The position numbers and the translations under genes are program-made. Of a DNA stretch of 64,000 nucleotides, positions 26,240-39,971 are shown one piece after another. Under the pieces are notes generated by a model. That model worked only from the letters and a program-made list of their open reading frames with translations, did not search any database and was not told the DNA's origin. Each line of letters opens with the position of its first letter. Position 1 is the first letter of the stretch. Source of the stretch: Octopus bimaculoides (lineage: Eukaryota); assembly GCF_001194135.2 (NCBI RefSeq), contig NC_068988.1, forward strand, positions 35,931,962 to 35,995,961, in the 5' to 3' direction.

Positions 26240-26860
26240 CTTTTGACAAAGCAATCACGTAAAAAAAAATAAGCCTCCAATAGACTAAGGAGAAATTGGA
26301 GCATGGTAATCACCCAAGTAGTGATAGTGACCCTAATATAGAACAAACCCTTGAATATCAGCGGCTCATATGCTCTAATCACAAACGAGAGACTGAGGAG
26401 TATGACTCTGCCTTCCAACTGGGAATGCCAACACTAATGTTCTGAAACGTGAAAAGAACCAGCCAAATGTGCCGCGTAAGCAGTGATCAACCAGAGACAA
26501 TTGACAACATAATCTCTAGATGTGGTCGACTGACACCAATAGAGTACTTGCAAAAATATGACAGCACCGCTAGAATATACCCTGGGCAATACACCGTACA
26601 TACCATACCACCTCTCTCAAAAAGACAATTAGAGGGAACCAAAACTAGCATAAGTTGTCCACAATGATGAGTATACTATCCCTCTGAAATTCCGTGTGCA
26701 GACTGATCGACAACTACTGGGCAACCGTTTAGCTATTAAAAAAAAAATCATGTTGAAAAAAACTTGTCTTTGGATTGTTGTTGCGATTGTTGTTGCAGGA
26801 GAATAAAGTTCACCAGCAGTGGTGGCATTGCTAAGTAAACATATCTGCGTCTTTGGACTA
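26240..26860 (+). mobile_element. RLE-type (R4/Dong-like) non-LTR retrotransposon fragment
   Basis: KRETEEY..., MCRVSSDQPETIDNIISRCGRLTPIEYLQKYD (decayed CCHC finger), then TDRQLLGNRLAI...KTCLWIVVAI resembling the NRPD...D endonuclease region. Confidence 0.6.
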
Positions 26861-27089
26861 TATTTTTGAAAAATGATATACAGGACAAATAGCACAGTTT
26901 ATTAGGCTTTCTACAATGTTTCTGCTATGTGACGTAGAGGCTCCTATTTCAAACTAGTACTGATTCAGTCTCACATATTTAATTTTTATTCAGTACGCCT
27001 GCTAATTGCGATATTAGTGATTCTTCATTCACTCTCTTACTATTTTTTAGCATCTAATTTTATCTTAGCAAGTGATTATCAGAGAACGG

Positions 27090-27133
27090 TTGCTACTGAC
27101 GAAGCCCAACAGGCGGAAATGTTCATTTAACAG
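27090..27133 (+). ncRNA. Hammerhead ribozyme-like motif with intact core
   Basis: UUGCUA CUGACGA A GCC-CAACA-GGC G GAAA UG-UU-CA UU/ UAACAG; stem I has 5 of 6 pairs. Confidence 0.5.
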
Positions 27134-27465
27134 TANNNNNNNNNNNNNNNNNNNNNNNNNNNNNNNNNNNNNNNNNNNNNNNNNNNNNNNNNNNNNNNNN
27201 NNNNNNNNNNNNNNNNNNNNNNNNNNNNNNNNNNNNNNNNNNNNNNNNNNNNNNNNNNNNNNNNNNNNNNNNNNNNNNNNNNNNNNNNNNNNNNNNNNNN
27301 NNNNNNNNNNNNNNNNNNNNNNNNNNNNNNNNNNNNNNNNNNNNNNNNNNNNNNNNNNNNNNNNNNNNNNNNNNNNNNNNNNNNNNNATATATATATATA
27401 TATAAAGAAAAATAGTTAAGAAGTTAACAATGCATGGAGAATAGTTAAAATATTCTTTATTAATA

Positions 27466-27884
27466 TATTTAAAGCTTTAAGCGGTTTCACAACACAATTG
27501 ACACTGATTTTCAAAAAGTTCAAATAGAAAAATGTGGCTAACGTCACAACCGCCATGCTTCTAAATAGTGGTTGAAGCTTATCCTATTTTTAGAGGGAGT
27601 TCATGGCTCAAATTGGTATATGTGTTAAACAGGATTTGATTGGTAGACAATAGTCACATGACTGGCCTTAGAAATTTTTATAGGTTCCCCGATACGTCTG
27701 TGTGCTAGTATTAAGTAACAATGTTTGGCGTCGTAAATTAAGGCTTAACTTAACGTCCTAGGTTAAGGTGCCGTAAAAGTTTTTGAGACTTGTCATGTGA
27801 TTATCGTCTACCAAACAAATCGTATTTAAAACATACACTAATCTGAGCCATGAACTCCTTATACAAAAAGGGCAAGCTTCAAAC
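27466..27884. mobile_element. Fold-back MITE with ~110-bp inverted arms
   Basis: 27571-27680 vs 27772-27884 inverted (gaagctt..cct.ttt...gagttcatggctca.att...tggtagac); right side ends in (TA)n. Confidence 0.8.
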
Positions 27885-28092
27885 ACATATATATATATAT
27901 ATATGTTCATGATTTTTAACATTGTACGTCTATAAAAGATACCTTAACAGGAAGAATAGTAGAGTAAATTAGGCTTTTACCGATGCATTGACATTACGTA
28001 TGATACGGAAAATTGAAGATTGCTAATTTTCAATAAATGTACGGCGAAACACTATGTTTTCTTTACACCAAATACACTTGCAATATAGGGGT

Positions 28093-28136
<44 letters not shown>

Positions 28137-30627
28137 CATACATACATACATACATACATACATACATACGTACGTACACACAAACGTGCATGTGAGAATG
28201 ATTTGGGTTTACACACAATTACCACTGTGTCGCTCAAACGAACTAATTTTTAAATATAATCGAAAAATGATTCACTCCACTGAAGTATTTCGTTGAATAA
28301 TTATAATTTTTCTTTAGATGGACAAACATAATTTAAAAACTGCTACTGTTATTAAAGGTTTGTAGGTACGTTGCGTAAAGTAGAGTTTCGTTTCTATCAT
28401 TACAATAAAACTGATTATTTCGCTCATCAGGACAACTACAACATGACACAATAATTGTAAATGGTGTCATACAGAAGGAGCTAATTCCAAAAAATGAGAG
28501 TTGCAAACACCAAAATTTGCACCATAGAGCTAGATTTGACCACTTTTCTGAACACTAGTTTCAATCCGTTGAGTAGATATTGTAAACTGTTGAATGCCAT
28601 TGCCAACTTAGAGCAAAGAGAATGAAGCTGTGAACTGGAGAGAAGTGCAACAAATAGAAATACTTATAGATACATAGGCACATTTATACACACACATACA
28701 CTCACAAATATACTTAAGTGATAGAGAGGGGGAAGAGAAGGAAAGTCGGTGGGAGAAAGAGAGGGGGAGGGGGTCTATGAGTAAGAAATATTAATTTCAT
28801 TAGTATAATTCCAATCAAATTCCGGTATTAATCGAGTTGATTCCAGTTGAAACAATCACTGTTGAATTAATTGTTTCTCCTGACGGTCTAAATGTAAATA
28901 TAAGCAATGCTTCACTATTTTACAAAATTACTGGCATTAAACTTCTCATGTGTGTTCACATGCCTTCCTGTGTAGGTCTGCGTATATATATATATATATN
29001 NNNNNNNNNNNNNNNNNNNNNNNNNNNNNNNNNNNNNNNNNNNNNNNNNNNNNNNNNNNNNNNNNNNNNNNNNNNNNNNNNNNNNNNNNNNNNNNNNNNN
29101 NNNNNNNNNNNNNNNNNNNNNNNNNNNNNNNNNNNNNNNNNNNNNNNNNNNNNNNNNNNNNNNNNNNNNNNNNNNNNNNNNNNNNNNNNNNNNNNNNNNN
29201 NNNNNNNNNNNNNNNNNNNNNNNNNNNNNNNNNNNNNNNNNNNNNNNNNNNNNNNNNNNNNNNNNNNNNNNNNNNNNNNNNNNNNNNNNNNNNNNNNNNN
29301 NNNNNNNNNNNNNNNNNNNNNNNNNNNNNNNNNNNNNNNNNNNNNNNNNNNNNNNNNNNNNNNNNNNNNNNNNNNNNNNNNNNNNNNNNNNNNNNNNNNN
29401 NNNNNNNNNNNNNNNNNNNNNNNNNNNNNNNNNNNNNNNNNNNNNNNNNNNNNNNNNNNNNNNNNNNNNNNNNNNNNNNNNNNNNNNNNNNNNNNNNNNN
29501 NNNNNNNNNNNNNNNNNNNNNNNNNNNNNNNNNNNNNNNNNNNNNNNNNNNNNNNNNNNNNNNNNNNNNNNNNNNNNNNNNNNNNNNNNNNNNNNNNNNN
29601 NNNNNNNNNNNNNNNNNNNNNNNNNNNNNNNNNNNNNNNNNNNNNNNNNNNNNNNNNNNNNNNNNNNNNNNNNNNNNNNNNNNNNNNNNNNNNNNNNNNN
29701 NNNNNNNNNNNNNNNNNNNNNNNNNNNNNNNNNNNNNNNNNNNNNNNNNNNATTTTAATACTACATTCATATATACATACATACTCACAACCAGACACGC
29801 ACACACACGCACGCATATGATGTATACATACATACCTACATGCATATACACACACAGGCACATTCATACATATATACTTGTTTTATTTTTAAACTGATTA
29901 TGTGCGCTTTCAATTAATAACGAAAGACTGCATGTAGCGTTAATTACTTCACTACTAACAACGCCCACCAGAGTAGCTGCTGCTATAGAATTGTAGAATG
30001 GGAGAGACAATACTATTGAACAGAATAGAAACATCAGTCCTCTCTGCACTTATAATTCTGCAATTAGAAACTATGCCAGCACTAGCATTATTGAGAGTTC
30101 TTTTTGGTTAAAACAAAAACATCTAAAAGAAAAAAATAATGTTTGCTTGTCGTTTGAAAAGAAGCATTAACCATATCGAGACACACATATCGAAACCATT
30201 CATATTCATTTGAATAAAATAAAATGAAATATAGCACGATATAGAATCAATAGAGATCGAAATATTCAATATATCTGTATATTAGAAGGTAGGTGATTTC
30301 ACGAAAGCTGAAGGCGGGAAATACATTAGCTGCTCAATAAATCGCTGTAGTAATTTCTTTGATCTGCAAGTTAACAGGACAGAGAGATTACAAGGACGCA
30401 CAGTTTTTATATGAATGGTTTAGAGAAATGGAATAATCTTTGTATAAGTTTATACAAAGAGAAATAATAATACTACAGAAAATGTAAAACCACAAATTGA
30501 AATTAATTTCTCTTTTCTCTTCACCTCTTTCTAAATTTTCTATATGTCTCTAGCTGATGCCAACTTATAAATTCTGTTTATGACACATGAAAAATGTTCC
30601 GATAATATGCTATTATTGCTTGTGATA

Positions 30628-30663
<36 letters not shown>

Positions 30664-31791
30664 NNNNNNNNNNNNNNNNNNNNNNNNNNNNNNNNNNNNN
30701 NNNNNNNNNNNNNNNNNNNNNNNNNNNNNNNNNNNNNNNNNNNNNNNNNNNNNNNNNNNNNNNNNNNNNNNNNNNNNNNNNNNNNNNNNNNNNNNNNNNN
30801 NNNNNNNNNNNNNNNNNNNNNNNNNNNNNNNNNNNNNNNNNNNNNNNNNNNNNNNNNNNNNNNNNNNNNNNNNNNNNNNNNNNNNNNNNNNNNNNNNNNN
30901 NNNNNNNNNNNNNNNNNNNNNNNNNNNNNNNNNNNNNNNNNNNNNNNNNNNNNNNNNNNNNNNNNNNNNNNNNNNNNNNNNNNNNNNNNNNNNNNNNNNN
31001 NNNNNNNNNNNNNNNNNNNNNNNNNNNNNNNNNNNNNNNNNNNNNNNNNNNNNNNNNNNNNNNNNNNNNNNNNNNNNNNNNNNNNNNNNNNNNNNNNNNN
31101 NNNNNNNNNNNNNNNNNNNNNNNNNNNNNNNNNNNNNNNNNNNNNNNNNNNNNNNNNNNNNNNNNNNNNNNNNNNNNNNNNNNNNNNNNNNNNNNNNNNN
31201 NNNNNNNNNNNNNNNNNNNNNNNNNNNNNNNNNNNNNNNNNNNNNNNNNNNNNNNNNNNNNNNNNNNNNNNNNNNNNNNNNNNNNNNNNNNNNATATATA
31301 AACTTTCAAATGACGTTAGAATTAGAATACATTGTAAGTGGTTTTGTATGAAAACTCTTATTTATTTGATAACTGAGAGTGTACCTAATGGCTATAGATA
31401 TCATGATTAAAGGATTGGTGTAAAGGGTTATTATGCGTATTTAGCATTAGTATTGCAAAGAGTGGATATTTATAGCTCTTCATACAAGAGTTATTCTACA
31501 TGATAACGCAGCTACAAAGCAAAGTAAAAACATACTTTTGGTATACATAAATTTCACAATCGAGATTTTACTCAGCCAATATACTCTTATATAGAACTGT
31601 ACATACCTGCAGGCATTCACACCTATGACCACACACACACATATATATGTACATGTATACACACGTACATGCATACCTACATACATACTTACAAAAATGC
31701 ATATATACATGCATACGCGCACGCGTGTGTGTGTGTTTGCGTGTGTGTGCGTGCATGTGTGTGTGTGTGTGTGTGTGTGTGNNNNNNNNNN

Positions 31792-31834
<43 letters not shown>

Positions 31835-33264
31835 CATCAGTCATTTCATCTCGTAATCGTTTAATTCATTTTGATATTATTATAAGGAAAAAGATTAAAA
31901 CATGATTTGACCATAGTAAAGATACTCTGCATCAATCGGTACTAAAACGTTTTTTGTATGATTGGCCATGTAATGGAAACTTTTAAAATCATCACCACTT
32001 TAATAACTAGTTACACCTGAGTACTTCCTGACGATCACTAAATATTATTCAGCATAACAAAAACATTAATTTGCAATATGTGTCTATTATTTTATTCCGA
32101 CCCGCTCTCTAATGTACTACTATCGCTTGCAATCTTTTCAAAGAGAAGAATTTGTAGGTGTTGATAAGTTTGGTTGATTTTATATTCCTCTTGTAACATA
32201 TAACTGATGCATCTTCCATTATATATGCACTTCTTTCTACTCCTCAATTTTAACGTCAATATTCTCTGATACGATGTTGTTCAATTTACTTGACACATAA
32301 TATTAATGTCTGCTTCATTTCTATATATACGTATATACATATATTACTTTAGCAATGAATCTGGAAATATTGTTAAAAAAAATGAAAGACATATTTGTTA
32401 CCAGTTTTTATTTCCTGAAAAGTTATTCTCTATCATATGAAGAATTATTACTGCTTTGCCAAAAAGAGGGTGAGGTATGTATAAGCAAACATACTGAAAC
32501 TATAATGGTATGAATTTAGTCCCTCTGTTTCTATCAAGGCATACCCATTTCAACGGCCTCTTTTTGATAACAAAACTTTAGCTGTTATCATTGGTGAGTG
32601 GAGAGAGACACGAGATCAAGTCCTGATTAATTTTTGAATAAAGTTGCTAGCGGTTTGTTGAAATATCAGTACATGAGCTCAAAAATCCGTAGTCTCTTTT
32701 AGAGGGGTGGAAAATGTAAACCAATTTTTGTCACCCTAAAATAATAGGTGTATGCATATGAACATTTTCATATCAATTATTTATACACTTATTTAGTACA
32801 GTTATAATTACAAATAAATTTCTCGAAATTTTTCCTGTTTTGTGATTAAGATTCAAACGACTGGGAATATTCGCAAAATTGCATTTGCAAACAGTAATTA
32901 CCATGCTAATTGACCGGTAATATTATAGAGTAAATAGATATATTATATAACACTTATAGTTAAAACAATTCCACAAAGTTTTACTTAAGAACTTTAAAAC
33001 AGTAAGATGGACAGCAATCCATCTTATGGATTCATTCCGCGTCCGTTCATCTTCTGCGAAACCTATGACCACTAAATATTTAACCCATTGGAATTCCAGA
33101 GTAACATATTGTGTAAAGACAAATATAATTATACCAAATTTAGAATAATAAATAGTAAATCCCAATCGCAAACCCTCTGAAATCATGAAATATACAGAAC
33201 TTCATGCACCACATACAATTCTCAGGAGACGACCCAAAAGATAGAATCACAATGCAAACAATGG

Positions 33265-33631
33265 AGGCGTAGGAGTGGCCGTGTGGTAAGTGTAGGCGTA
33301 GGAATGGCTGTGTGGTAAGTAGCTTGCCTACCAACCACATGGTTCCTGTTTCAGTCCCACTGCGTGGCACCTTGGGCAAGTGTCTTCTACTATAACCTCG
33401 AGCCGACCAAAGCCTTGTGAGTTGATTTGGTAGACGGAAACAGAAAGAAGCTCGTCGTATATATGTATATATATATATATATNNNNNNNNNNNNNNNNNN
33501 NNNNNNNNNNNNNNNNNNNNNNNNNNNNNNNNNNNNNNNNNNNNNNNNNNNNNNNNNNNNNNNNNNNNNNNNNNNNNNNNNNNNNNNNNNNNNNNNNNNN
33601 NNNNNNNNNNNNNNNNNNNNNNGTGTGTGTG

Positions 33632-33664
<33 letters not shown>

Positions 33665-33879
33665 ATATGTTTGTGTGTCTGTGTTTGTCCCCCAGCATCG
33701 CTTCACAACCGATGCTAGTGTGTTTACGTCCCTATAACTTAGTGGTTCGACAAAAGAGACTCATAGAACAAGTACTAGGCTTACAAAAAATAAGTCCTGC
33801 GGTCGATTTGCTCGACTAAAGCTGGTGCTCCAGCATGGCCACATTCACATGACTGAAACAAGTAAAAGAGTAAAAGAGT
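33265..33879 (+). mobile_element. tRNA-derived SINE, family B, complete, with duplicated 5' head
   Basis: aggcgtagga.tggc.gtgtggtaagt present twice (33265-33291, 33294-33320); ggttcctgtttcagtccc B-box region; internal (TA)n-gap-(TG)n; (AAAGAGT)n tail. Confidence 0.92.
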
Positions 33880-34479
33880 GTTGAAGAAAAAGAAGGCTTA
33901 GTAGGAAATGGTTATAATACAACTCGCCATAGATATCGTAAATGCTAAACAACAGTTTGCAAATGATTGGTAAGAATGTAAACAAGGCGGAGAACTTTCT
34001 AGGTGCAATCCCAAGTTCCTTCATGACAGAAAGGAGTTTTTACTGCAGCTGTGTGTAACACAACCACCATGATCACCAATAAAACAAGAAAAGTAGTTTG
34101 TCATCTAAAATGTATGGAGCGGAGAATGTAAGAAACCGACCAAACCATTGATAGTGGAAGCTATATGAACAACAGCTGAGATAATGGATGCGTACTGGAA
34201 GGATTATAGTGATAGCAGACATTCATCGGTTCTGTATCAGCATTCTAAGAATAAACATAGTGGCATACTGGATAACAGTGACAAAAAAATTATATCAATA
34301 CAACCATATGACGCAGTATATGCGAATCTACGCGAATAAACGAATGGCAATCATGACTTGATGACAGTTATGTATAAGGCGCAATGACCTCCCAATCTCC
34401 ACCATCCCCAACATAGTCTATATATATATTTTACGAATCGATATGCATATGTATACCAGTGTGATGCTGGTGAATACAG

Positions 34480-34602
34480 TTTGCCTTTCATCCTTTCAGG
34501 GTCAATAAATTAAGTATGAACTGAAAACTGGGGGTCGATGTAATCGACTTAGCCTCGCCCTCCCTCGAAATCACTGGGCTTATGCAAAAATTTAAAATCA
34601 AT
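34480..34602 (+). mobile_element. SINE family A, 3' half
   Basis: tttgcctttcatcctttcagggtcaataaattaagta...ggggtcgatgtaatcgact. Confidence 0.8.
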
Positions 34603-34615
34603 ATTTTATCAATGT

Positions 34616-34833
34616 CAGGTCGGTGAACTGGCAGAATCATCCGCGCGCCGAAGAAAATACTGAACATCATTTTGCTCGTATTTACCTTCTGAGTTCAAAT
34701 TCATCCGTATTCGCCTTCATCTTTCATACTTTTGGAATCGATAAAATAAGTACCGGGTGTTCGTTAGCGTCTTTGTAATCGGCTTAATGCCTCCCACAAA
34801 ATTGCTGGCTTTGTAGCAACATTTGAAACCAAT
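34616..34833 (+). mobile_element. SINE family A, diverged full copy
   Basis: caggtcggtgaactggcagaatc...ttctgagttcaaatt...aaaattgctggctttgt...atttgaaacc. Confidence 0.8.
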
Positions 34834-35263
34834 ATATCACCAATTTCAAGTGGTACATGCGGCAGTCAAAGACTACTATCGTGATATGTTATTCATAGTG
34901 TTTTTAATAGTTACGTACTTTTTCTGCCTCCGATCTTATATTATTCCGACAGACAGGAAATAACTTTAGTAACAAGTATCCTTACACTTTCTCAATAAAA
35001 TACCTTGCATATTCATGCAAACGCACAATGAGTAATGGAGGCCAGTACCGCGTCTAGTGTGCATTTCTGATCTGGAATCGTTATATAAGTAACATTCTAA
35101 GCAATGAAAAACGAATTAACAGCGAAGAATTCCAATTCGACAACAGCAGAAAAGTTTTATATTTGTGAAGTTTAAAAATATACCAGCAATGTCGCTGTCA
35201 TCGCCTGCGTCTTATACGTACCATTCTCATCATCCATCACTATCATCAGCGTTAGATTTAGTA

Positions 35264-35644
35264 TCTCTTTTACTCTTTTACTTGTTTCAGTCATGTGAAT
35301 ATGGCCATGCTGGAGCACTGCCTTTAGACGAGCAAATCCACCGCAGGACTTATGTTTTTGTAAGCCTAGTACTTATTCTACCGGTATCTTTTGCCGAACC
35401 GCTATGCTGCGACCAGCATCGGTTGGGGGGACAAACACAGACACACAAACATATACACACACACATATATATATATGCACATATATACGACGGGCTTCTT
35501 TCAGTTTCCGTCTACCAAATCCACTCAAGGCTTTGGTCGACTCGAGGCTATAGTGGAAAACACTTGCCCAAGGTGCTATGCAGTGGAACTGAACCCGGAA
35601 CCATATGGTTCGTAAACAAGCTACTTACCGCACAGCCACTCCTA
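35264..35644 (-). mobile_element. SINE family B, complete, short internal microsatellite
   Basis: Reverse complement of the 33265 copy along its whole length. Confidence 0.92.
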
Positions 35645-35685
35645 GTCAACGTTATTGTTATTATGATCACAATGCTGATCATCAT

Positions 35686-35815
35686 CCGCTGAGGTTCACT
35701 TTGCATTTCATCTTTTCGGGATCGATAAATTAAGTACCAGTTGCGTACTGAGGTCGAACTAATCGATGCCCCCCTCCCCCAATATTTCTGGCCTTTTCCT
35801 AGAGTAAAAAACAAT
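35686..35815 (+). mobile_element. SINE family A, 3' half
   Basis: gaggttcactttgcatttcatcttttcgggatcgataaattaagtaccagttgcgtactgaggtcga. Confidence 0.85.
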
Positions 35816-35849
35816 GTTGATCATCATTAATACGTTGTCGTCCTCACCC

Positions 35850-36480
35850 ACGTGATCATAAAAATCATCGTCCTCATCTTGTCGTCGTCGACATCGATAT
35901 ATGCTCGTCACCACAACCATCACATCCCTATCATGATCTTCATCAACACCACCACCATCACAATTGCCGGCTCCGCTACAACGAGCGCTACACCAACACC
36001 ATTATTACCTCTACCAACAATAAATCCATCACCACCAACAACAATTCCATCATCATCAGCAGCATCAGCATCACCATCGTCGTTGTCATCACGACCACCA
36101 CCATCACCACCTTCAGTATCAATATCATCCTCATCATTATCATCATCAAACTGTCTTCGTCAACAAACAGAAGAAGGGCATTATAAGGAAACAACATCAT
36201 TAACAATAACATCATCATCCGCAGGTTAAATACTACATCTTTGAGAACGATGGACGCCATAAAATACAGCGCCAAATAAAGGATAGCGGCAAAGCTTACA
36301 AGGTATAAAATATATTGATATTAACATTTGAATAGTAGAAATTTTTCATGTACCAACACCACTACCACCGCTAGCACAAACAGCATCTCAGCTTTCAGCA
36401 GTACCGAAGCCACCACAAACGCCAATAATATCACCACCAATTCCATAACTATCGTAGCTGCAACAGTCACCGCCGTATGT
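35850..36480. repeat. Degenerate (CAT/CAC/AAC)n trinucleotide low-complexity tract
   Basis: Explains the S/T/P-rich and M/V/L-rich pseudo-ORFs on both strands. Confidence 0.85.
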
Positions 36481-37194
36481 ATGGAAGCACATAAGGTTTC
36501 GGTAGCGGCGGATGCAACACAGTAACAAGAGGAAATGTAGACATATATATCGATAGTGAAATATGTCTTCTAATATTCGATGCGATATTACGAGAGGCCT
36601 GTTGGCTAGACGTAATGCATTTGTCGAGGGAACAATAAAGAGGCTATAACAGAATAATAATGGAATATTAATGTTAGGAATTTAGATAAATATGGAGCAT
36701 ATCATATTGGACAAGAACACTCTAAGCAAAGAAAACACGCTAGACTCGCGGGAGGAAACTGCTAGAAGAAGAAAAAAGAATACAGACAGGATATCAAAGG
36801 GAAATATTTGTCTGTTACAAATTCATATACAAAGTGAAGTGATTCGTATACACGTGTACGCTTATATGTATGCATATATGGATATTTGTATATATGTATG
36901 CATGTGTGTGTGATGCATTTATGTATGTATCTATGCAGATTTATATGTATGCATATGTGTGAATATATATATNNNNNNNNNNNNNNNNNNNNNNNNNNNN
37001 NNNNNNNNNNNNNNNNNNNNNNNNNNNNNNNNNNNNNNNNNNNNNNNNNNNNNNNNNNNNNNNNNNNNNNNNNNNNNNNNNNNNNNNNNNNNNNNNNNNN
37101 NNNNNNNNNNNNNNNNNNNNNNNNNNNNNNNNNNNNNNNNNNNNNNNNNNNNNNNNNNNNNNNNNNNNNNNNNNNNNNNTGTATGCATGTATAT

Positions 37195-37229
<35 letters not shown>

Positions 37230-37406
37230 TGGACGCATATATATGTGCGCATACATATATATAGATAGAGATATAGTTATAGCTATATTTCATATATATT
37301 TGCGCGTGTGTGTGTATAAATATACATGTAGGTATATATCGTGTATATTAAATATATAATTTAATATACACAATTTACTGAAGAAATAATAAATTGTGTG
37401 TATTAG

Positions 37407-37461
<55 letters not shown>

Positions 37462-39250
37462 GGATAGAGTACTTTTCTTTGCTGATCCTACCTATAATGG
37501 AACTGTATATATTAAATATGCATACATGCATACATACGATTGTGAATGTGTGTGCTTATCTATGCACATATGTATATATGTTTTTATGTATAAACACACA
37601 TATATTCACATATGTATCTGTGTGTCCCCGTTTGTGTGTATATTTTTGTGTGTCAATGAATGTGTGTCAATGAATGTGTGTATATGTGTGTGTGCGTGTG
37701 TGTGCGTGTATGTTTCACAACGAAAAGCGACGAAGCGTTACTGTACAAGAAAGTGTATAAATGTGTTAAAACAAGCGAATAGGCGTAAATGAAAATAATA
37801 TAACTGAAAATACAAAGACTATTGGTAACTAGATAGGTTATGGGTAATATGTCTCTATACACACATCCGTATATGTATATATATATATATGTAGTTATAC
37901 ACGCACATACACACAGATCACGGACGCACACACACAGAGACACACATGTGTGTATGTATATTAGAAGTGTGCATGTGGAGTGTTTATGTTTGTAGAGTGT
38001 TAGTAAAAGTAATAGAGAAGAAAAAGTAACATAAACTAATGACGAAAACGACAGTGAAGTCTGAATGAGGAGCTGATTCTTTAGAAAATGAAAGAGTTTA
38101 TCGAGAAAATGAAAGAAAATTGAAGGAGATGAATATATAATAGCGAAAGTGGTAAATAAAATTTATAAATGTGCGCATGTGAATTTGAAGATGCTTGTGG
38201 TGGGGAGTAGAGATCAATACAAAATGAATATAAGTATAAAAATAGAACATTGTGCTGAAGCGCATCATTTAGCAACAATTATATCTAATTCTGAAAGTAA
38301 AGGCAGAATTTTATCGAAGTATGTATTATTGTTTCAGAAATGTCTTCCAATTGGTGAAAAGTAAAAGCATTTACTTTTACCTAAAAGGCTAATAACTGAT
38401 GCATAAATTTATTGCGAATATAGAATGTTTTGTGTAAATGGACGCCGTTCGGTATACTTAAAAGCGTGGCTTTCTTCTTATTTTACTGTCTTGTAGATGT
38501 TACTTATTCATATAGAGTATCGAGTAGGAGAGATATTAGTTGTAATGAAAAGAATTTGCTTAAAGTGATAAGTATAGATTTCTGTCCATTGAAGCTGAGC
38601 TGAGGATTTCCGAATCAATAGTTTTTCATTGCGATCAACAAAGTTTTGATGCTTTCTATTCCATGAATTGCCTTTTCGTGTATAGTTTATAGTTGGCCAA
38701 AGCACTAAAGTTACTACTTGATCTGAAAGTCCTAATTGTACAATAACGCAATGATTGTTAATGTTAACTCATTAATCATTAGTTAAACAGAATGAACTAA
38801 ACACTTGTTTATTAGTACGCATCTAATCAATAACTACATGTTAATCTCATAGGGATTGGGGAATCACTGAATGTGATTCTGGCATCCCTAAAAAACCTAA
38901 CTGTATGAAATTAGTCAATACAAAATTGAACAGTGTTGAATTTTCTTCAGAATATTTCGATTAATTAAAGAATTTGTCTATCAGTAATATATGCTGACAA
39001 TCCGATAACGCCGTTGATGAAAATACAGTAAGTTAAAATCGTTAAAGTAGCATATACTCTCGTGGGAAAGAAAATATCTTGAGAAGTGTATGTGGCTGTT
39101 AAATGAGGTGAAGTATTTGGTTAACTAATGACTAGAGTATTTGTGTTCTGAATTAGATACTTTGCCTGTATGTAATCGGTGGTGACTGTCTGTAAAATCT
39201 TATACACATACTGACACACATATCTTTGAATAATATATGGAAGTGGACTT

Positions 39251-39289
<39 letters not shown>

Positions 39290-39292
<3 letters not shown>

Positions 39293-39938
39293 AAAATTTT
39301 GGGTTCAGCAAGCATTGCTTCACCACACACCGAAAATTAGAAATAGCAGCCAAAACTACTATTTCTCTACCAAAATACGACTCCCGAAACAGCAATTCTC
39401 GCAGCTGACAAAGGCAAAAAAAGAAAAAAATAACGAATCTACCCGGCCTTGATTAATTGCAGGCACGTTTCTGGATCAAAGAGGTGTAAATCATATGACC
39501 CAAACATATTTCTTTCATCAGTGCAATATTTCAAAATTATAAATCCGAGAATGCTAATAAAAGAATAATTAATTCGATCAGGTGACATCAAATGATTACC
39601 CAAGAACAGCATTTCCGTATTCATATAGACGAGCGATAAAATCATCTCATTCCTCAATTACCCACGTGCGCTACGAGTAATCCCGCAGACAACTGCAGTT
39701 CTCTGCGTGATTAACTTTGCTTTTGTTAGCTGCGAGTATTGCTGTTTCGGGAATCGTATTTTGGTAGAGAAATGTTAGTTTTGGCTGCTGTTTCTAATTA
39801 TTGGTGTGTGGTGAAGCAATGCTTGCGGTACCCTAAATTTTAATTTTGTCTATATAAATTTACCGATAATGGTTTATTAACACACCGAACTACTTGGTAA
39901 AATTACTAATTATTAATTAATTATTAATTTTTACCCTA

Positions 39939-39950
<12 letters not shown>
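39290..39950. mobile_element. Long-TIR MITE-like element
   Basis: 39290-39417 and 39716-39847 are inverted copies (gcaagcattgcttcaccacacacc...ctctaccaaaatacga.tcccgaaacagcaat); the right arm continues to ~39950 and matches 52790-52985. Confidence 0.85.

Positions 39951-39971
<21 letters not shown>

Noticed and set aside
28415-28432. Minus-strand CUGAUGA-GC-GAAA
   Set aside because: No room for stem II and no stem I/III; chance match.
29864-30034. Signal-peptide-like ORF MFLFCSIVLSLPFYNSIAAATLVGVVSSEV
   Set aside because: Short, no strong splice donor and no recognisable family; hydrophobic translations are common in such DNA. The listed start is GTG.
35852-36525. S/T/P-rich mucin-like ORFs
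   Set aside because: Explained by degenerate trinucleotide repeats; no splice signals.
38850-38890. 41-nt hairpin (tagggat/atcccta, gaatcac/gtgattc)
   Set aside because: Too short for a pre-miRNA, single copy and no ribozyme core.
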